A stretch of DNA of 64,000 nucleotides, taken from NCBI GenBank assembly GCA_965223325.1, contig CBDCWI010000001.1:896001-960000 (forward strand), read 5' to 3'. Position 1 is the stretch's first letter. Every line of letters begins with the position of its first letter. The position numbers were made by a program, and so were the translations under genes. The notes beneath the pieces are model-generated. The model had not been told where the DNA came from, did not search any database, and worked only from the letters and a program-made list of their open reading frames with translations. This document shows, piece by piece, positions 9,585 through 19,800 of this stretch. The DNA is from Candidatus Multivoradales bacterium. Lineage in GTDB: Bacteria; Acidobacteriota; Thermoanaerobaculia; Multivoradales; Multivoraceae.

Positions 9585-9780
9585 GGGAAAGTCGCCCCGA
9601 CTGAGTGGGATGGGTGGCTGGGCGCAGGGCGAAGGGGCGACCAGCAGCTGGCCCGCGGATTGTGGCGGGAAAGTCGGCCCGACTGAGATGACCGGGGTGG
9701 ATGCACGACCCAGGCCGGCGTGGCGTGGTGGGAGTGGTTGCCGACCCACGGGTTGTGGTGGGAAAGTCGGCCCGACTGAG
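9585..9780 (+). repeat. Three REP-like palindromic repeats, right flank of the transposase
   Basis: GGGAAAGTCG(C/G)CCCGACTGAG at 9585-9605, 9667-9687 and 9760-9780. Hairpin core AGTCG..CGACT; two copies have a 5' GTGG. Confidence 0.85.
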
Positions 9781-9797
9781 CTGACTTTGGGAGCCCG

Positions 9798-11342
9798 ATG
9801 AGTTTCGATCTGCAATCACCCACCGTGCCGGCGGCTCGGCTGCGCCAACTCGAGCAGGCCAGCCGCAACCCGCCGGATCCCGAGGGTCGGTACGTCCTCT
9901 ACTGGATGACGGCGTTTCGCCGTACGCGCTGGAACTGGAGTCTCGACTACGCGGTCGACGTGGCCAATCGACTCGCGAAACCGCTCCTGGTCCTCGAGGC
10001 GGTGCGCGCCGGCTACCCGTGGGCGAGTGATCGCCTGCACGCCTTTGTCGTCGCTGGAATGCGTGACAACGCGCGAGCCGTCGCGCAAACGAAGGCGCAC
10101 TTTCTCGGCTACGTCGAACCGCTCGCCGGCGCCGGCAGTGGACTGCTCGAAGCCCTCGCCGCCCATAGCGCCCTGGTTGTCACCGACGACTGCCCGACGT
10201 TCTTCCTGCCGCGCATGCAGGCCGCGGCCGGCCAGGCCATCGACCGCCCGCTAGTCGCGGTCGACTCGAACGGCCTCCTGCCGCTCCGTTCGACCGACAA
10301 GACCTGGAGCCGCGCCCATGACTTCCGGCGCTTCCTGCAGCGCACGCTACCGGAACACCTGCTCGAGATGCCCTCGCGCACTCCTCTCGACCAGCTCGAA
10401 ACCGACCACGACGATCGCACCGCCCGGTCTATCGACGATATCGCCGCGCGCTGGCCGTCCGCCTTCTGCGTCGACCAGGATGACCGAGAGCTCCGCCAGG
10501 GCATCGCGAATCTCCCGATCGACCACTCCGTCACCCCGACGGGCCTGCCTGGAGGACCGGTTGCCGCCCGCGAGCGTCTGGCTGGCTTCATCTCCAACAA
10601 CCTCGGGCGCTACCTCGACGGCCGACTCGACCTCGAAGACCCATCGACCAGCGGCTTGTCTCCCTACCTGCACTTCGGCCATATCGCGGCCGCGGAAGTC
10701 TTCGCCGCCATTGCGGATCGCGAATCGTGGACACCGCTCGACACGAGCGATACCGCGACCGGAGCTCGCAGCGGCTGGTGGGGCATGAGCGAGGCCGCCG
10801 ACGCCTTCCTCGACCAGCTGGTGACCTGGCGTGAGCTCGGCTTCAACAGGTCGGCGCGCGAGGAGGACGCGATGGACCCCACTTCACTTCCCAACTGGGC
10901 ACAAGAGACGATCGTCGCCCACGCCGCCGACCCGCGGCCCTACCAATACACCCTCGAGCAGTTCGAAGACGCCGCTACCCACGACGAGCTCTGGAACGCC
11001 GCGCAGCGCGAGCTCACAAGCGACGGGCACATGCACAACTACCTCCGCATGCTGTGGGGCAAGAAGATCTACGAGTGGTCGAAGACCGCTCAATCGGCCA
11101 TCGACGTCATGATTCACCTCAACGACAAGTACGCCCTCGACGGCCGCGACCCCAACTCGTACGCCGGCATCTTCTGGTGCCTCGGGCGCTACGACCGTGC
11201 CTGGGGACCGGAGCGCCCGATCTACGGCAAGCTCCGCTACATGACCTCCGAAGGTGCTCGCCGAAAGCTGCGACTGGGTACGTACCTGAAACGCTACGGC
11301 CCAGAGCCCGGCCTGGTCTCGGCAGGCGACGCCGACAGCTAG
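9798..11342 (+). CDS. phrB: Deoxyribodipyrimidine photolyase, class II CPD type
   Basis: YVLYWM, SGLSPYLHFGHI, THDELWNAAQ, MHNYLRMLWGKKI, DGRDPNSYAGIFWC, ERPIYGKLRYM. Confidence 0.92.
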   Translation: MSFDLQSPTVPAARLRQLEQASRNPPDPEGRYVLYWMTAFRRTRWNWSLDYAVDVANRLAKPLLVLEAVRAGYPWASDRLHAFVVAGMRDNARAVAQTKAHFLGYVEPLAGAGSGLLEALAAHSALVVTDDCPTFFLPRMQAAAGQAIDRPLVAVDSNGLLPLRSTDKTWSRAHDFRRFLQRTLPEHLLEMPSRTPLDQLETDHDDRTARSIDDIAARWPSAFCVDQDDRELRQGIANLPIDHSVTPTGLPGGPVAARERLAGFISNNLGRYLDGRLDLEDPSTSGLSPYLHFGHIAAAEVFAAIADRESWTPLDTSDTATGARSGWWGMSEAADAFLDQLVTWRELGFNRSAREEDAMDPTSLPNWAQETIVAHAADPRPYQYTLEQFEDAATHDELWNAAQRELTSDGHMHNYLRMLWGKKIYEWSKTAQSAIDVMIHLNDKYALDGRDPNSYAGIFWCLGRYDRAWGPERPIYGKLRYMTSEGARRKLRLGTYLKRYGPEPGLVSAGDADS

Positions 11343-12475
11343 GGAGCGGTCGCAGTCACCAGCTCTTCGCCCGCGTCGCCGTCATCGCCCTTAGCACCGG
11401 TGATCTTGCCCAGACCCGGCGACGGTATCGGGAACAGGCGCGCTGGCACTCCGTCGTAGAACTCGTCGAGCTCCTGCCCCATCAGGGTCGACTCGGGGAG
11501 CGGCAGCAGACGCTCCTCCAGGTGCGGCCCCCCGGACGACTCGATGTCATCGTCGAGACCCAGCATGAACGTGAACCCGACGCACACGAGAATCGTCAAC
11601 ACGCGCCATCGCCACGAGTACTCGGTTGCCCGACGCAGACTGGCTCGCAGACCGAGCAGAAGCACGATGCCCAGCCACACGGCCACCGCCCAGCGCCATG
11701 ACGCAGATGGGTCCAATAGGAAGCTTCTGGCCTCATGCACCATCCAGGTCATTGCAAGCGGTACGCCGAGCAGCGCCGCCACGAAGGCGTGCGAGAAGAA
11801 GTGCGCCCCACGACGCAAGAGCCGCCCGAGCAGAGCAAAAGACAGAGCCCAAGAACCCACCAACAAACCAACGCCGAGGACTGCACCCAAGGCAGCTTCC
11901 AACCCGTCCGAACCCCAGTCCTCGAAGAAGAAAGGCAAGCCGCCGACAACCACCGCTAACAGAGCCAACAGAACCGCAGTCCACGGGCGCCTCTGCGGCA
12001 AGGTCGCCAGCGAGTGCCGGAGAAGCGGCCGCGCCTCCGCCACCGCATGGCTCGGCGTGAACACCCGCAGCCTGGTGCGCCCCACGGTCAGCTCGCCACC
12101 CGACTCGAGCGCCGTCGCGACGGTCACTTCGCGGCGCCTCGCCCGCCGGCCGGGTGGACGGTAGGAAACCCCGTTGCGACTGCCGAGATCCTCGACAAGC
12201 CAGGTCTCTCCATTACGATAAAGCCGAGCATGTCGCGGCGAAACGAAGGGGTCGGTGAGAATCAACCGATTCCCGAAGCCGCGACCGAGCGTCACGGAGT
12301 CGCGAGCGATGACTTCGAGACGAACGTTTCCAGCGCCGTCGGTGACCTCGACGATGAGCTGCGCCCCGTTCGCTCCCTGCCCGCGCCCGCCGCCGCCCCC
12401 TCCGGCGAGAGTCCCGCCGCGAGCTGTTTTGTGCTCCGACACGAGCGGCAGCCACATCTCGGTGCCTACTCCCAC
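11339..12475 (-). CDS. FHA-domain integral membrane protein
   Basis: FHA motifs LGRG..N, D.FVSPRHA, DLGSRNG, followed by about 5 hydrophobic helices. Overlaps the protease stop. Confidence 0.8.
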   Translation of the reverse strand: MGVGTEMWLPLVSEHKTARGGTLAGGGGGGRGQGANGAQLIVEVTDGAGNVRLEVIARDSVTLGRGFGNRLILTDPFVSPRHARLYRNGETWLVEDLGSRNGVSYRPPGRRARRREVTVATALESGGELTVGRTRLRVFTPSHAVAEARPLLRHSLATLPQRRPWTAVLLALLAVVVGGLPFFFEDWGSDGLEAALGAVLGVGLLVGSWALSFALLGRLLRRGAHFFSHAFVAALLGVPLAMTWMVHEARSFLLDPSASWRWAVAVWLGIVLLLGLRASLRRATEYSWRWRVLTILVCVGFTFMLGLDDDIESSGGPHLEERLLPLPESTLMGQELDEFYDGVPARLFPIPSPGLGKITGAKGDDGDAGEELVTATAP

Positions 12476-13800
12476 CGCACCGATTCCTGCATTCGCTGCA
12501 AGAACATGAGCCCTGCATCACGGCCGACTCCGCGAATCGCCACCTGCAGGAGCAACCCCTTCTTCGGGTCGCCGAGGGCAGCACTGCTGAGGTAGAGGTC
12601 GTAGAGTCCTGGCAGGTCGTCGTACGGTCGGGAACAGATGGCGGTCTTCCAGTACACCGAGGCCGCTCTGGTGAAGCGGTCATAGCATCGGTAGCTCGAA
12701 CTCTCGATCGCACTCAGGTGATCGCTGTCGAGGCTGGTGCCATAGGCGGCGCCGTAGCGACCGTAGAAGCGCACCGGGTCGACCGCCAGCGACTCGTAGA
12801 CCTTGACCTGGTACTCGATCTCGCCAGTGCGACCACCGTAGCGAAGGGAAATCGAGCGGTTGTTCGAACACCGCCTCATACTCCAGGCGACCAACGTGTC
12901 GTCGCTCACCGGTCCCTTGTTTGTACGACAGCTGAAGTCTTCGCCGATTTCCAACGGCGACACCGCGCCGGACAGGCCGGCTGCCTCCCACTCAGACCGC
13001 AGCAGACCCTCGATCGTGCTTTTCTGGTTGTCGATCAACTGCGTCGCGGCTTCTTCTGCCCAGGTCTCGTGATTGCGGCCTCCCTCTTCGAGATGCCCAC
13101 GCAAGAACTCGGCCGGGACGAGAAGTCCGAGGTCGTCGCCGCTTCGACGCGCGACGTTGACTCCGACGACGGCGCCCTTACGGTCGAGCGCCGGTCCGCC
13201 ACTCATTCCGTGGTTGATTCCACCTGAGAACAGAATCTCGCCATAGCCCTCAGCAACCTCGCCGCCCCACGTTCCCTCAACGATCGTAAGGCCCAGCCCG
13301 AGTGGATTGCCGAGCGCGAAAGCCACATCTCCCCGCGCTGGGGTATCGCGCGCCAGGCGAAGCGCCTTCTCCGGCCGCTCTGGGATGCGCACGGTTGCCA
13401 GGTCATGCACCACGTCGACACCCTCGACCCTGGCCGGAAGCGGCTCGCCCTCTTCACCACAACTGGCCTCGAGCAGGTAGTCGGGATCGTCCAGGGCAGT
13501 CGTAATGACGTGGTAGTTGGTCACCAGCAGGCCGTCGCCCACGTGAAAGGCCGAGCCCCGCGAGTCCCAGTCGCCACTATCGGCATCGACGACCGCGAGC
13601 TTGCAGAGCGCCGGCCGCGCCTGGCGAAACACACGCCTGGCGGTGGCATCCTGCGCAACGACCCCAGGCCCCTCCTGGGCCGCGGCAGACCCAACGACAG
13701 CGGGCACCACGCAGGCGCCCATCATGACCACCACCCCCCAGACCCGCAGCTGAAGAGGGGGCGAATAGGCAGTCGAGGGCTCGCGCGGCTGGTCTGGCAT
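12466..13800 (-). CDS. Secreted trypsin-like (S1C-like) serine protease without PDZ domain
   Basis: Signal peptide; catalytic triad motifs TNYHV, HDLA and GINHGMSGGP; GNPLGLG; Cys-containing C-terminal domain. Confidence 0.88.
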   Translation of the reverse strand: MPDQPREPSTAYSPPLQLRVWGVVVMMGACVVPAVVGSAAAQEGPGVVAQDATARRVFRQARPALCKLAVVDADSGDWDSRGSAFHVGDGLLVTNYHVITTALDDPDYLLEASCGEEGEPLPARVEGVDVVHDLATVRIPERPEKALRLARDTPARGDVAFALGNPLGLGLTIVEGTWGGEVAEGYGEILFSGGINHGMSGGPALDRKGAVVGVNVARRSGDDLGLLVPAEFLRGHLEEGGRNHETWAEEAATQLIDNQKSTIEGLLRSEWEAAGLSGAVSPLEIGEDFSCRTNKGPVSDDTLVAWSMRRCSNNRSISLRYGGRTGEIEYQVKVYESLAVDPVRFYGRYGAAYGTSLDSDHLSAIESSSYRCYDRFTRAASVYWKTAICSRPYDDLPGLYDLYLSSAALGDPKKGLLLQVAIRGVGRDAGLMFLQRMQESVRWE

Positions 13801-13845
13801 CGGGGGCTCTAGAGAACGTCATGCCGAGTTCGGCAAAACCTACTA

Positions 13846-13875
13846 ATTATACGATTTCTACGTTAACTACTCCAA
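13846..13875 (-). promoter_or_regulatory. Putative sigma70 promoter of the protease-FHA operon
   Basis: On the - strand TTGGAG-18 nt-TATAAT lies in an AT-rich patch 45 nt upstream of the ATG. An inverted repeat TGCCGA-GT-TCGGCA (13822-13835) lies just downstream. Confidence 0.5.
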
Positions 13876-14247
13876 CTCCATCAACCGAGCCCCACAAATC
13901 CGCGTCGACAGAGGCGTTATCGGCTGCGGGAGGAGCCACTCTGTCCTCGGTGGCAGTCTCGACCGCTGGCCGGGCATGGCACGAGGCCGCCAGAACCGAG
14001 GCGCAAGGGAACGGATACTCACGATCCAACCATCGCAGTGGTCGGTTGGGTTCCTTTCCTGCCAGGGATTCCCCTTAGGGTCGCGGCAGGCTTTTCGAGG
14101 CGCCGGCACACCCTCGACCAGAGTGTCCCCAGGCTGCAAGAATCTGGGATCCGGACGGTCCCGGTCTCGTACGCGAGCCCGAGGGCAGGTACCCCTGGGA
14201 CCGCCGCCGCTGGCCGGCTGACGGACCTTCCTTGCGAAGAACCCACC

Positions 14248-15273
14248 GTGCGACGTTCACCCACCATTCCAAAGGAGCGCCTCACCGCCGCGGTGATCCT
14301 GGCCCTGGCGGCCGCCATCCTCAGCGGTTGCAGTACCGCCACCCGGCTGTGGTTGGGCGCGAGCTATGTGCAAGTCCCCTCGGAGGAGGGGACCCGCGCC
14401 TTCTGGGATGTCACCTACCGCGCCCGGACGCCCGATCCGGAGCGCCACGTTCTCGACCTCTACCTGCCCGACGAACCCGGCTACCCCACCCTGGTCTTCG
14501 TACACGGCGGCTCGCTGGTGCGCGGCAACAAGGACCTCTCCCTCGGCGGCTATGACATCTACGCCAACATCGGTCGCTTCTATAGTGCCCGTGGGATCGG
14601 TGTTGCCGTCGTCGAGTACCGGCTGCAACCGGAGGTGCGCTGGCCCGAACAGGTCGACGACGTCGCCGCCGCCGTCGCCTGGGTCCAGGAGAACGTTCCC
14701 TTGCACGGGGGCTCGAACGACGTCTACCTCGCGGGCCACTCGGCCGGCGCCTGGTTGGTGGCTCACGTCGGCACCGACCCTCAACCCCTGGCGCGCTACG
14801 ACAAGAGCCCGCTGGACCTGCGCGGCGTGATCACCATCAGCGGCTCCGGCTTCGACATGGAGGACGACCTCACCTGGCACTTGTTCGGCCGCGAACGCCG
14901 CTGGCGAAAACGCTTCCGCGCCGCACCTGGCGACCGCGAGTGGAAGAGCAACGCCTCGGTGGTCACCAGAATCGGCGGCAAGGTCCCGCCGTTTCTCATC
15001 CTGCATGCCGAGCGCGAGTGGGATGCTCTCAAGCGCCAGAACCTGTTGCTCAGGACGGCACTCGCCGAACGCGGCGTCCCAGCCGTCGTGGAGCCGATCG
15101 AAAAGGCTACCCACCGCCGCACGGTCCTGATGATGAGTCATCCCGAGAGCCCGGTAAGCGCCTCGGTCTTGCGATTCGTCAGAGGACCCGAGCGAGTCCT
15201 CGACCAGGCTGGCATGCAGCCTGAACGAACGACCGATCCTCCTCGAAGCGGCATCGGCTGGCCTGGCGGCTAG
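14248..15273 (+). CDS. Alpha/beta hydrolase (BD-FAE/HSL-like esterase), possible lipoprotein
   Basis: LDLYLP, FVHGGS, YRLQP, nucleophile GHSAG, PPFLILH; ILSG-C lipobox. Start is approximate. Confidence 0.85.
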   Translation: MRRSPTIPKERLTAAVILALAAAILSGCSTATRLWLGASYVQVPSEEGTRAFWDVTYRARTPDPERHVLDLYLPDEPGYPTLVFVHGGSLVRGNKDLSLGGYDIYANIGRFYSARGIGVAVVEYRLQPEVRWPEQVDDVAAAVAWVQENVPLHGGSNDVYLAGHSAGAWLVAHVGTDPQPLARYDKSPLDLRGVITISGSGFDMEDDLTWHLFGRERRWRKRFRAAPGDREWKSNASVVTRIGGKVPPFLILHAEREWDALKRQNLLLRTALAERGVPAVVEPIEKATHRRTVLMMSHPESPVSASVLRFVRGPERVLDQAGMQPERTTDPPRSGIGWPGG

Positions 15274-15578
15274 GGTTCGCCTCGGACTTTAGCCTCGACG
15301 CTATCGATCTTCTCCTGCATCGACTGGACGCGATCGGTGCGCGTCCCCAACCGCAGGGTGCTCGAGATCCGGGGTGCCCCCAACGCGTGCACGACCTCGT
15401 GACAGCGCTTGACCGCATGCATGACCTCGTCCCACTCACCCTCGATGTTGGTTCCATAGGCATGCATGGCGAAGGTGAGACCTTCCTCCTGGAGAACTCG
15501 CTGACACTGAGCGACGTGCTCGGAAACCGACACTCCAACCCCCAGCGGGATGACACAAAGATCAGCGACCAACTTCAT
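15270..15578 (-). CDS. MTH1187/YqgV-family thiamine-binding protein (UPF0045)
   Basis: ADLCVIPLG, HAYGTNIEGEWDEV, GTRTDR, KIDSVEAK; GGAGG RBS upstream of ATG 15578. Confidence 0.88.
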   Translation of the reverse strand: MKLVADLCVIPLGVGVSVSEHVAQCQRVLQEEGLTFAMHAYGTNIEGEWDEVMHAVKRCHEVVHALGAPRISSTLRLGTRTDRVQSMQEKIDSVEAKVRGEP

Positions 15579-15635
15579 CACCAACACCTCCAACGTCTTT
15601 GGAACCTTTGGGACTCCGGAGTTGCCGGCTAGGAT

Positions 15636-16877
15636 GTGCGCATCATGTCCCAACTCCGCATTCTCGCGGACCCGGCGCGCTGGACCGCGCGTTCGGGCCT
15701 CTGCATCCTATGTCTGACGCTCGCTCTCCTCTCCTCGTGCATCACCGGCTGCGGTGAGCCGGACGCCCGGGAAGCTCGAGGCGCAGGCCCACCTGGTGGT
15801 CCCGGAGCCGGCCCGCCGCCGCTTCCGGTCCAGGCGGCCGCGGCAGCGCTGCGCACAAGCGCGATCGAGATCCCGCTGACAGGCTCCCTCCGGAGCGCCG
15901 AAACCGCCGTTCTAGCGGCGGACGCATCGGGCGTTCTGGTCTCCCTGAACGCTCCCGAAGGTCGACCGGTCGCTCGCGGGCGCCTGCTCGCCCGGCTCGA
16001 CGACTCCGAAGCGCGCGCCGCGGTCAAGGTCGCCCAGGCGCGCCTCGACAACGCCCGGGCGGTGCTCGAACGCACTGCGCCACTTTTCGAAGACGGCGTC
16101 GTGTCCCGGCAGATGCTCGACGACGCGCAGGCAGAACTCGACACTGCAACCGGTCTCCTCGACGAAGCCAAAACGCGACTCGCCAAGACGTCGCTCCATG
16201 CGCCCTTTGCCGGCGTCGTGGGAATCTCGGATACCCAGGTCGGTCAGTACCTGGCCCGTGGTGACCCGATCGTCACTCTGACCCGCGTCGATCCGCTCGA
16301 GCTCTTGTTCGCGGTGCCCGAAGACCAGGCTTCACTGCTCAGCCTGGGTCTGCCGGTACGCGGTCGCGTCGGTCGCTGCGGGGAAGCCTTCGAGGGCGAG
16401 ATCGCTGCCATCGACCCGGCGCTCGACCGCTCGAGCCGCACGCTTCAGGCAATCGCCGACGTTCCGAATGAGAGCGGCACTCTGCGACCGGGCATGTCCG
16501 CGCGTCTGGCCCTGGTGCTCGACCAGGAGAGCCAACAACTCGTTGTGCCGCGCGAAGCCCTGGTTCCCCAGGGGACGGGCTACCGCGTCTGGGTGGTCGC
16601 CGACGACAACTCCGTCGAGGCGCGCCCGGTCACCGCCGGCAGGTTTCACAGCGACGTCGTCGAGATCACAGATGGCCTGCGCGAGGGCGAGCGGGTGGTG
16701 GCCGCTGGGTGGCAGAAGATTCGCCCGGGCGGCAGGGTCACCCCGACGCCCTGGCAGCCGACGAACAACCCGAACCTCGAACTCGGCGGTCCAGGGGGTG
16801 TCACTGGCGGCGCGGACTGCCCACCGGTCTCATCCTCCTCGGCAGAACCCGCTTCGAACTCCTCCACACCCGCATGA
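15636..16877 (+). CDS. RND efflux periplasmic adaptor (membrane fusion protein)
   Basis: Lipoyl/coiled-coil pattern (GRLLARLDD...APFAGVVG), LRPGMSA, GLREGERVV. Coupled to the RND gene by ATGA. Confidence 0.9.
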   Translation: MRIMSQLRILADPARWTARSGLCILCLTLALLSSCITGCGEPDAREARGAGPPGGPGAGPPPLPVQAAAAALRTSAIEIPLTGSLRSAETAVLAADASGVLVSLNAPEGRPVARGRLLARLDDSEARAAVKVAQARLDNARAVLERTAPLFEDGVVSRQMLDDAQAELDTATGLLDEAKTRLAKTSLHAPFAGVVGISDTQVGQYLARGDPIVTLTRVDPLELLFAVPEDQASLLSLGLPVRGRVGRCGEAFEGEIAAIDPALDRSSRTLQAIADVPNESGTLRPGMSARLALVLDQESQQLVVPREALVPQGTGYRVWVVADDNSVEARPVTAGRFHSDVVEITDGLREGERVVAAGWQKIRPGGRVTPTPWQPTNNPNLELGGPGGVTGGADCPPVSSSSAEPASNSSTPA

Positions 16878-19800
16878 ACCTCTCAGAGATCTCGATACGC
16901 CGTCCGGTCCTGGCGACGGTCGTCAACCTTCTGATCGTGGTCGTCGGGCTGGCGGCGTGGCGTTACCTGCCGATTCGCGAGTACCCGGATATCGACGTGC
17001 CGGTGGTTTCGATCAGCACGACCTGGTTCGGTGCCTCGCCGCAGACCATCGAGAGTTCGGTTACCGAACCCATCGAACAGGGTCTCAACGGCATCGAAGG
17101 CATTCGTTCGATCTCCTCGGTCAGTGCCTTTTCCGTTAGCCAGGTCACGGTCGAGTTCGAATCTGGCCGCGATCTCGACGTCGCCGCCAACGACGTCTCC
17201 AACGCCGTCCAGCGGGTCCTCGGCGAGCTGCCCCAGGAGGCCGAGAAACCCACCGTGTCAAAGGCCGGCGGCGGCGGTTCCGAGGCCATCATGTGGAGCG
17301 GCCTCTACGGCGACGGCTGGTCGGCGGTCGACAGAACCGACATCGCCGACCGCATGATCAAAACACCCGTGCAGCTCATTCCCGGAGTCGCACGGGTGAT
17401 GCTCTCCGGCGAGCGCCGCTATGCGATGCGGGTGTGGCTCGATCCCGCGCGTATGGCAGCGCGCGGCGTCGAGCCCGGCGACGTGCGACGGGCGCTGCGC
17501 GAGAACAACCTGCAGGTGCCGGCCGGTTCGATCGAGGGAACCGGCCGCAAGTTCACCGTCAACGTCGACGCGCGCCTGGCTGATCCAGAACTCTACGAAC
17601 GCCTGGTCATTCGGCGCGAAGGCGAAAACATCGTGCGCATTGCCGACGTCGGCCGGGTCGAGATGGGATCGAGCAACTACGAGAACATAACCCGAGCTGG
17701 TGGCCGACCGAGCGTTGGGGTTGGCATCGTGCCGATGTCCACTGCCAATCAGCTCGACGTCAGTCGACGCATTCGCGAAGCCTTCGCTCTGATCATCCCC
17801 CGCCTACCCGAGGGGCTCGACCTGCGTATCGCTGTCGACCGCTCACTGTTCGTGCGCGAGTCGCTCAAGCAAGCCGCCACGACTCTCGTGTTCGTCTTCG
17901 CCCTGGTGATCGCAGTCAACCTGCTCTTCCTACGCTCGCCAATCTCTACCATCATCGCCAGCCTGGCGATTCCGATCTCGCTGGTCGGTGCCCTGGCAGC
18001 AATGGCCGTCTTCGGCTTTTCGATCAATGTCCTCACCGTGCTCGGGCTCATTCTCGCTATCGGCATGCTGGTCGACGACTCGATTGTCGTGCTCGAGAAC
18101 ATCTACCGTCGCCAGGAACTCGGCGAAGCGCCGGAGAGAGCAGCGCGCAACGGTGCCCGTGAAGTCGCCTTTCCCGTCATCGCCACCACCGCCGCCGTCG
18201 TGGCGGTGCTGGTTCCGCTGGCGGCGATCGCCGGCAACACCGGCCGCCTGTTTCGCGAGTTCGCAATCACCATGACGGCGGCGGTCTGTCTGTCGACCCT
18301 GGTGGCATTGACCGCAGTTCCGATGGCGTGCGCGCTCTTCCTGCGCGTTCCCCAGAAACACGGCCGGCTCTGGGAGCTGATCGAGAACACTCTCGAGTCG
18401 AGCCGCCGCGGGTACGAGCGCGGCCTGTCCTTTGCGCTGGGCCATCGTGCCCTGATGGGTGTCTTCCTGGTGGCGGTCCTCGGGGCAACGGCCTTTATGT
18501 TCCGTCAGGTCCCCACCACCCTGGCACCGCTCGAGGACCGCGGCCAGGTAATCACCATGGTTCGCGCACCGCAGGGTTCGACGGCCGCCTATACCGACCG
18601 TGCGCTGCGTCAGATCGAAGAGCACCTGCTTGCCACTCCCGAGGTCGACACCGTCTTCGCCGCCGTCGCGCTCGGCTTCGGCGGCCCCGCCGACACGGCA
18701 GGCGGCATCGTCTTCACCCGCCTGCACGACTGGAGCGAGCGCCGCCGCAGCCAGCAGGAGGTGGTTTCGGAGCTATTTCCCAAATTCATGGCGATCCCGG
18801 AAGCATTGGTCTTCCCGATCAACCCACCGTCACTCGGTGGCAGCGGTCGCAACTCCGACCTGCAGCTCATCATCAAAGGTTCCGACGCGTCGCTCGCCGA
18901 CCTCGAGCGGCTTGCCGGCACTCTGATGGGCCAGCTGCGACAGACAGCGGGCCTGGTCAACGTCGACACCGACGTGCGGCTCGACAACCCGCAGCTCGAC
19001 GTGACCATCGACCGCGAGAAGGCCGCCGACCTCGGCGTCTCGGTGGCTTCGGTCGCCGACTCTCTGCGTCTCTTGATCGCCGAGGGGCCAGCCGACGACT
19101 TCGTGCTGCGCAACAAGCAGTACGACGTGATCATGGCGGTTGCCCGTGGGTTTTCGAGCGTCCCCGAGCAGCTCGAGGAGATCCATGTGCGCACCGCAAC
19201 CGGCGACATGGTGCCGATCTCGGCCCTGGTGACCGTTCGACCGACGGTGGGCCCGGCGACCCTCAATCACTACGACCTGGAGCGTTCGATGAGCGTGACG
19301 GCGAACCTCGCGCCTGGCGCGTCGATGGGTGACGTCATGCCCCAGGTCCTCAGAGCCACCAATGAGATCTTGCCCGCCGGCTTCAGTGTCGCTCTCGGTG
19401 GAGTGTCACGCGAGTTCGTCGAATCGGGCCAGGCGATCTACGTCACCTTCGCCCTCGCCCTCTTGATCATCTTCCTGGTCCTCGCGGCGCAGTTCGAGAG
19501 TTTCCTCCACCCCTTCACCGTCATGCTCTCGGTCCCGCTTGCGTGCCTAGGAGCCCTGGTGACGCTCTTCGCGCTCGGGCACACTCTCAACGTCTTCAGC
19601 GGCATCGGCATCATTCTGCTGGTCGGTCTGGTGACCAAGAACTCGATCTTGCTGGTCGATTTCGCCAATCAGGAGCGTGCCCGGGGCGCCGACCTGCTGG
19701 CCGCCGTTCGCGCTGCCGGGCGAACGCGCTTCCGCCCCATTCTGATGACCAGCTTCACCTCGATCCTGGGTGCGATTCCGCTGGCAGTGGCGGTCGGTGC

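Noticed and set aside
9585-9780. Repeat-spacer pattern read as a mini CRISPR array
   Set aside because: Only three units, long unequal spacers, inverted copies on the other side of an HUH transposase, and no cas genes in the window. REP-like repeats explain it better.
9471-9815. 115-aa N-terminal extension of the transposase in the ORF track
   Set aside because: It is translated REP DNA (repeated SVGPTFPPQ) and overlaps the photolyase start; the likely start is ATG 9470.
13847-14029. Small ORF with a lipobox-like VLAASC
   Set aside because: No proper signal peptide n/h-region in frame, and it runs into the promoter. It could be a decayed gene but this is unsupported.
13986-14060. c-di-AMP (ydaO) riboswitch-like start GCCGCC..GCAAGGGAAC
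   Set aside because: The conserved 3' CCCGAACCCGTCAGCTAAC segment is absent.
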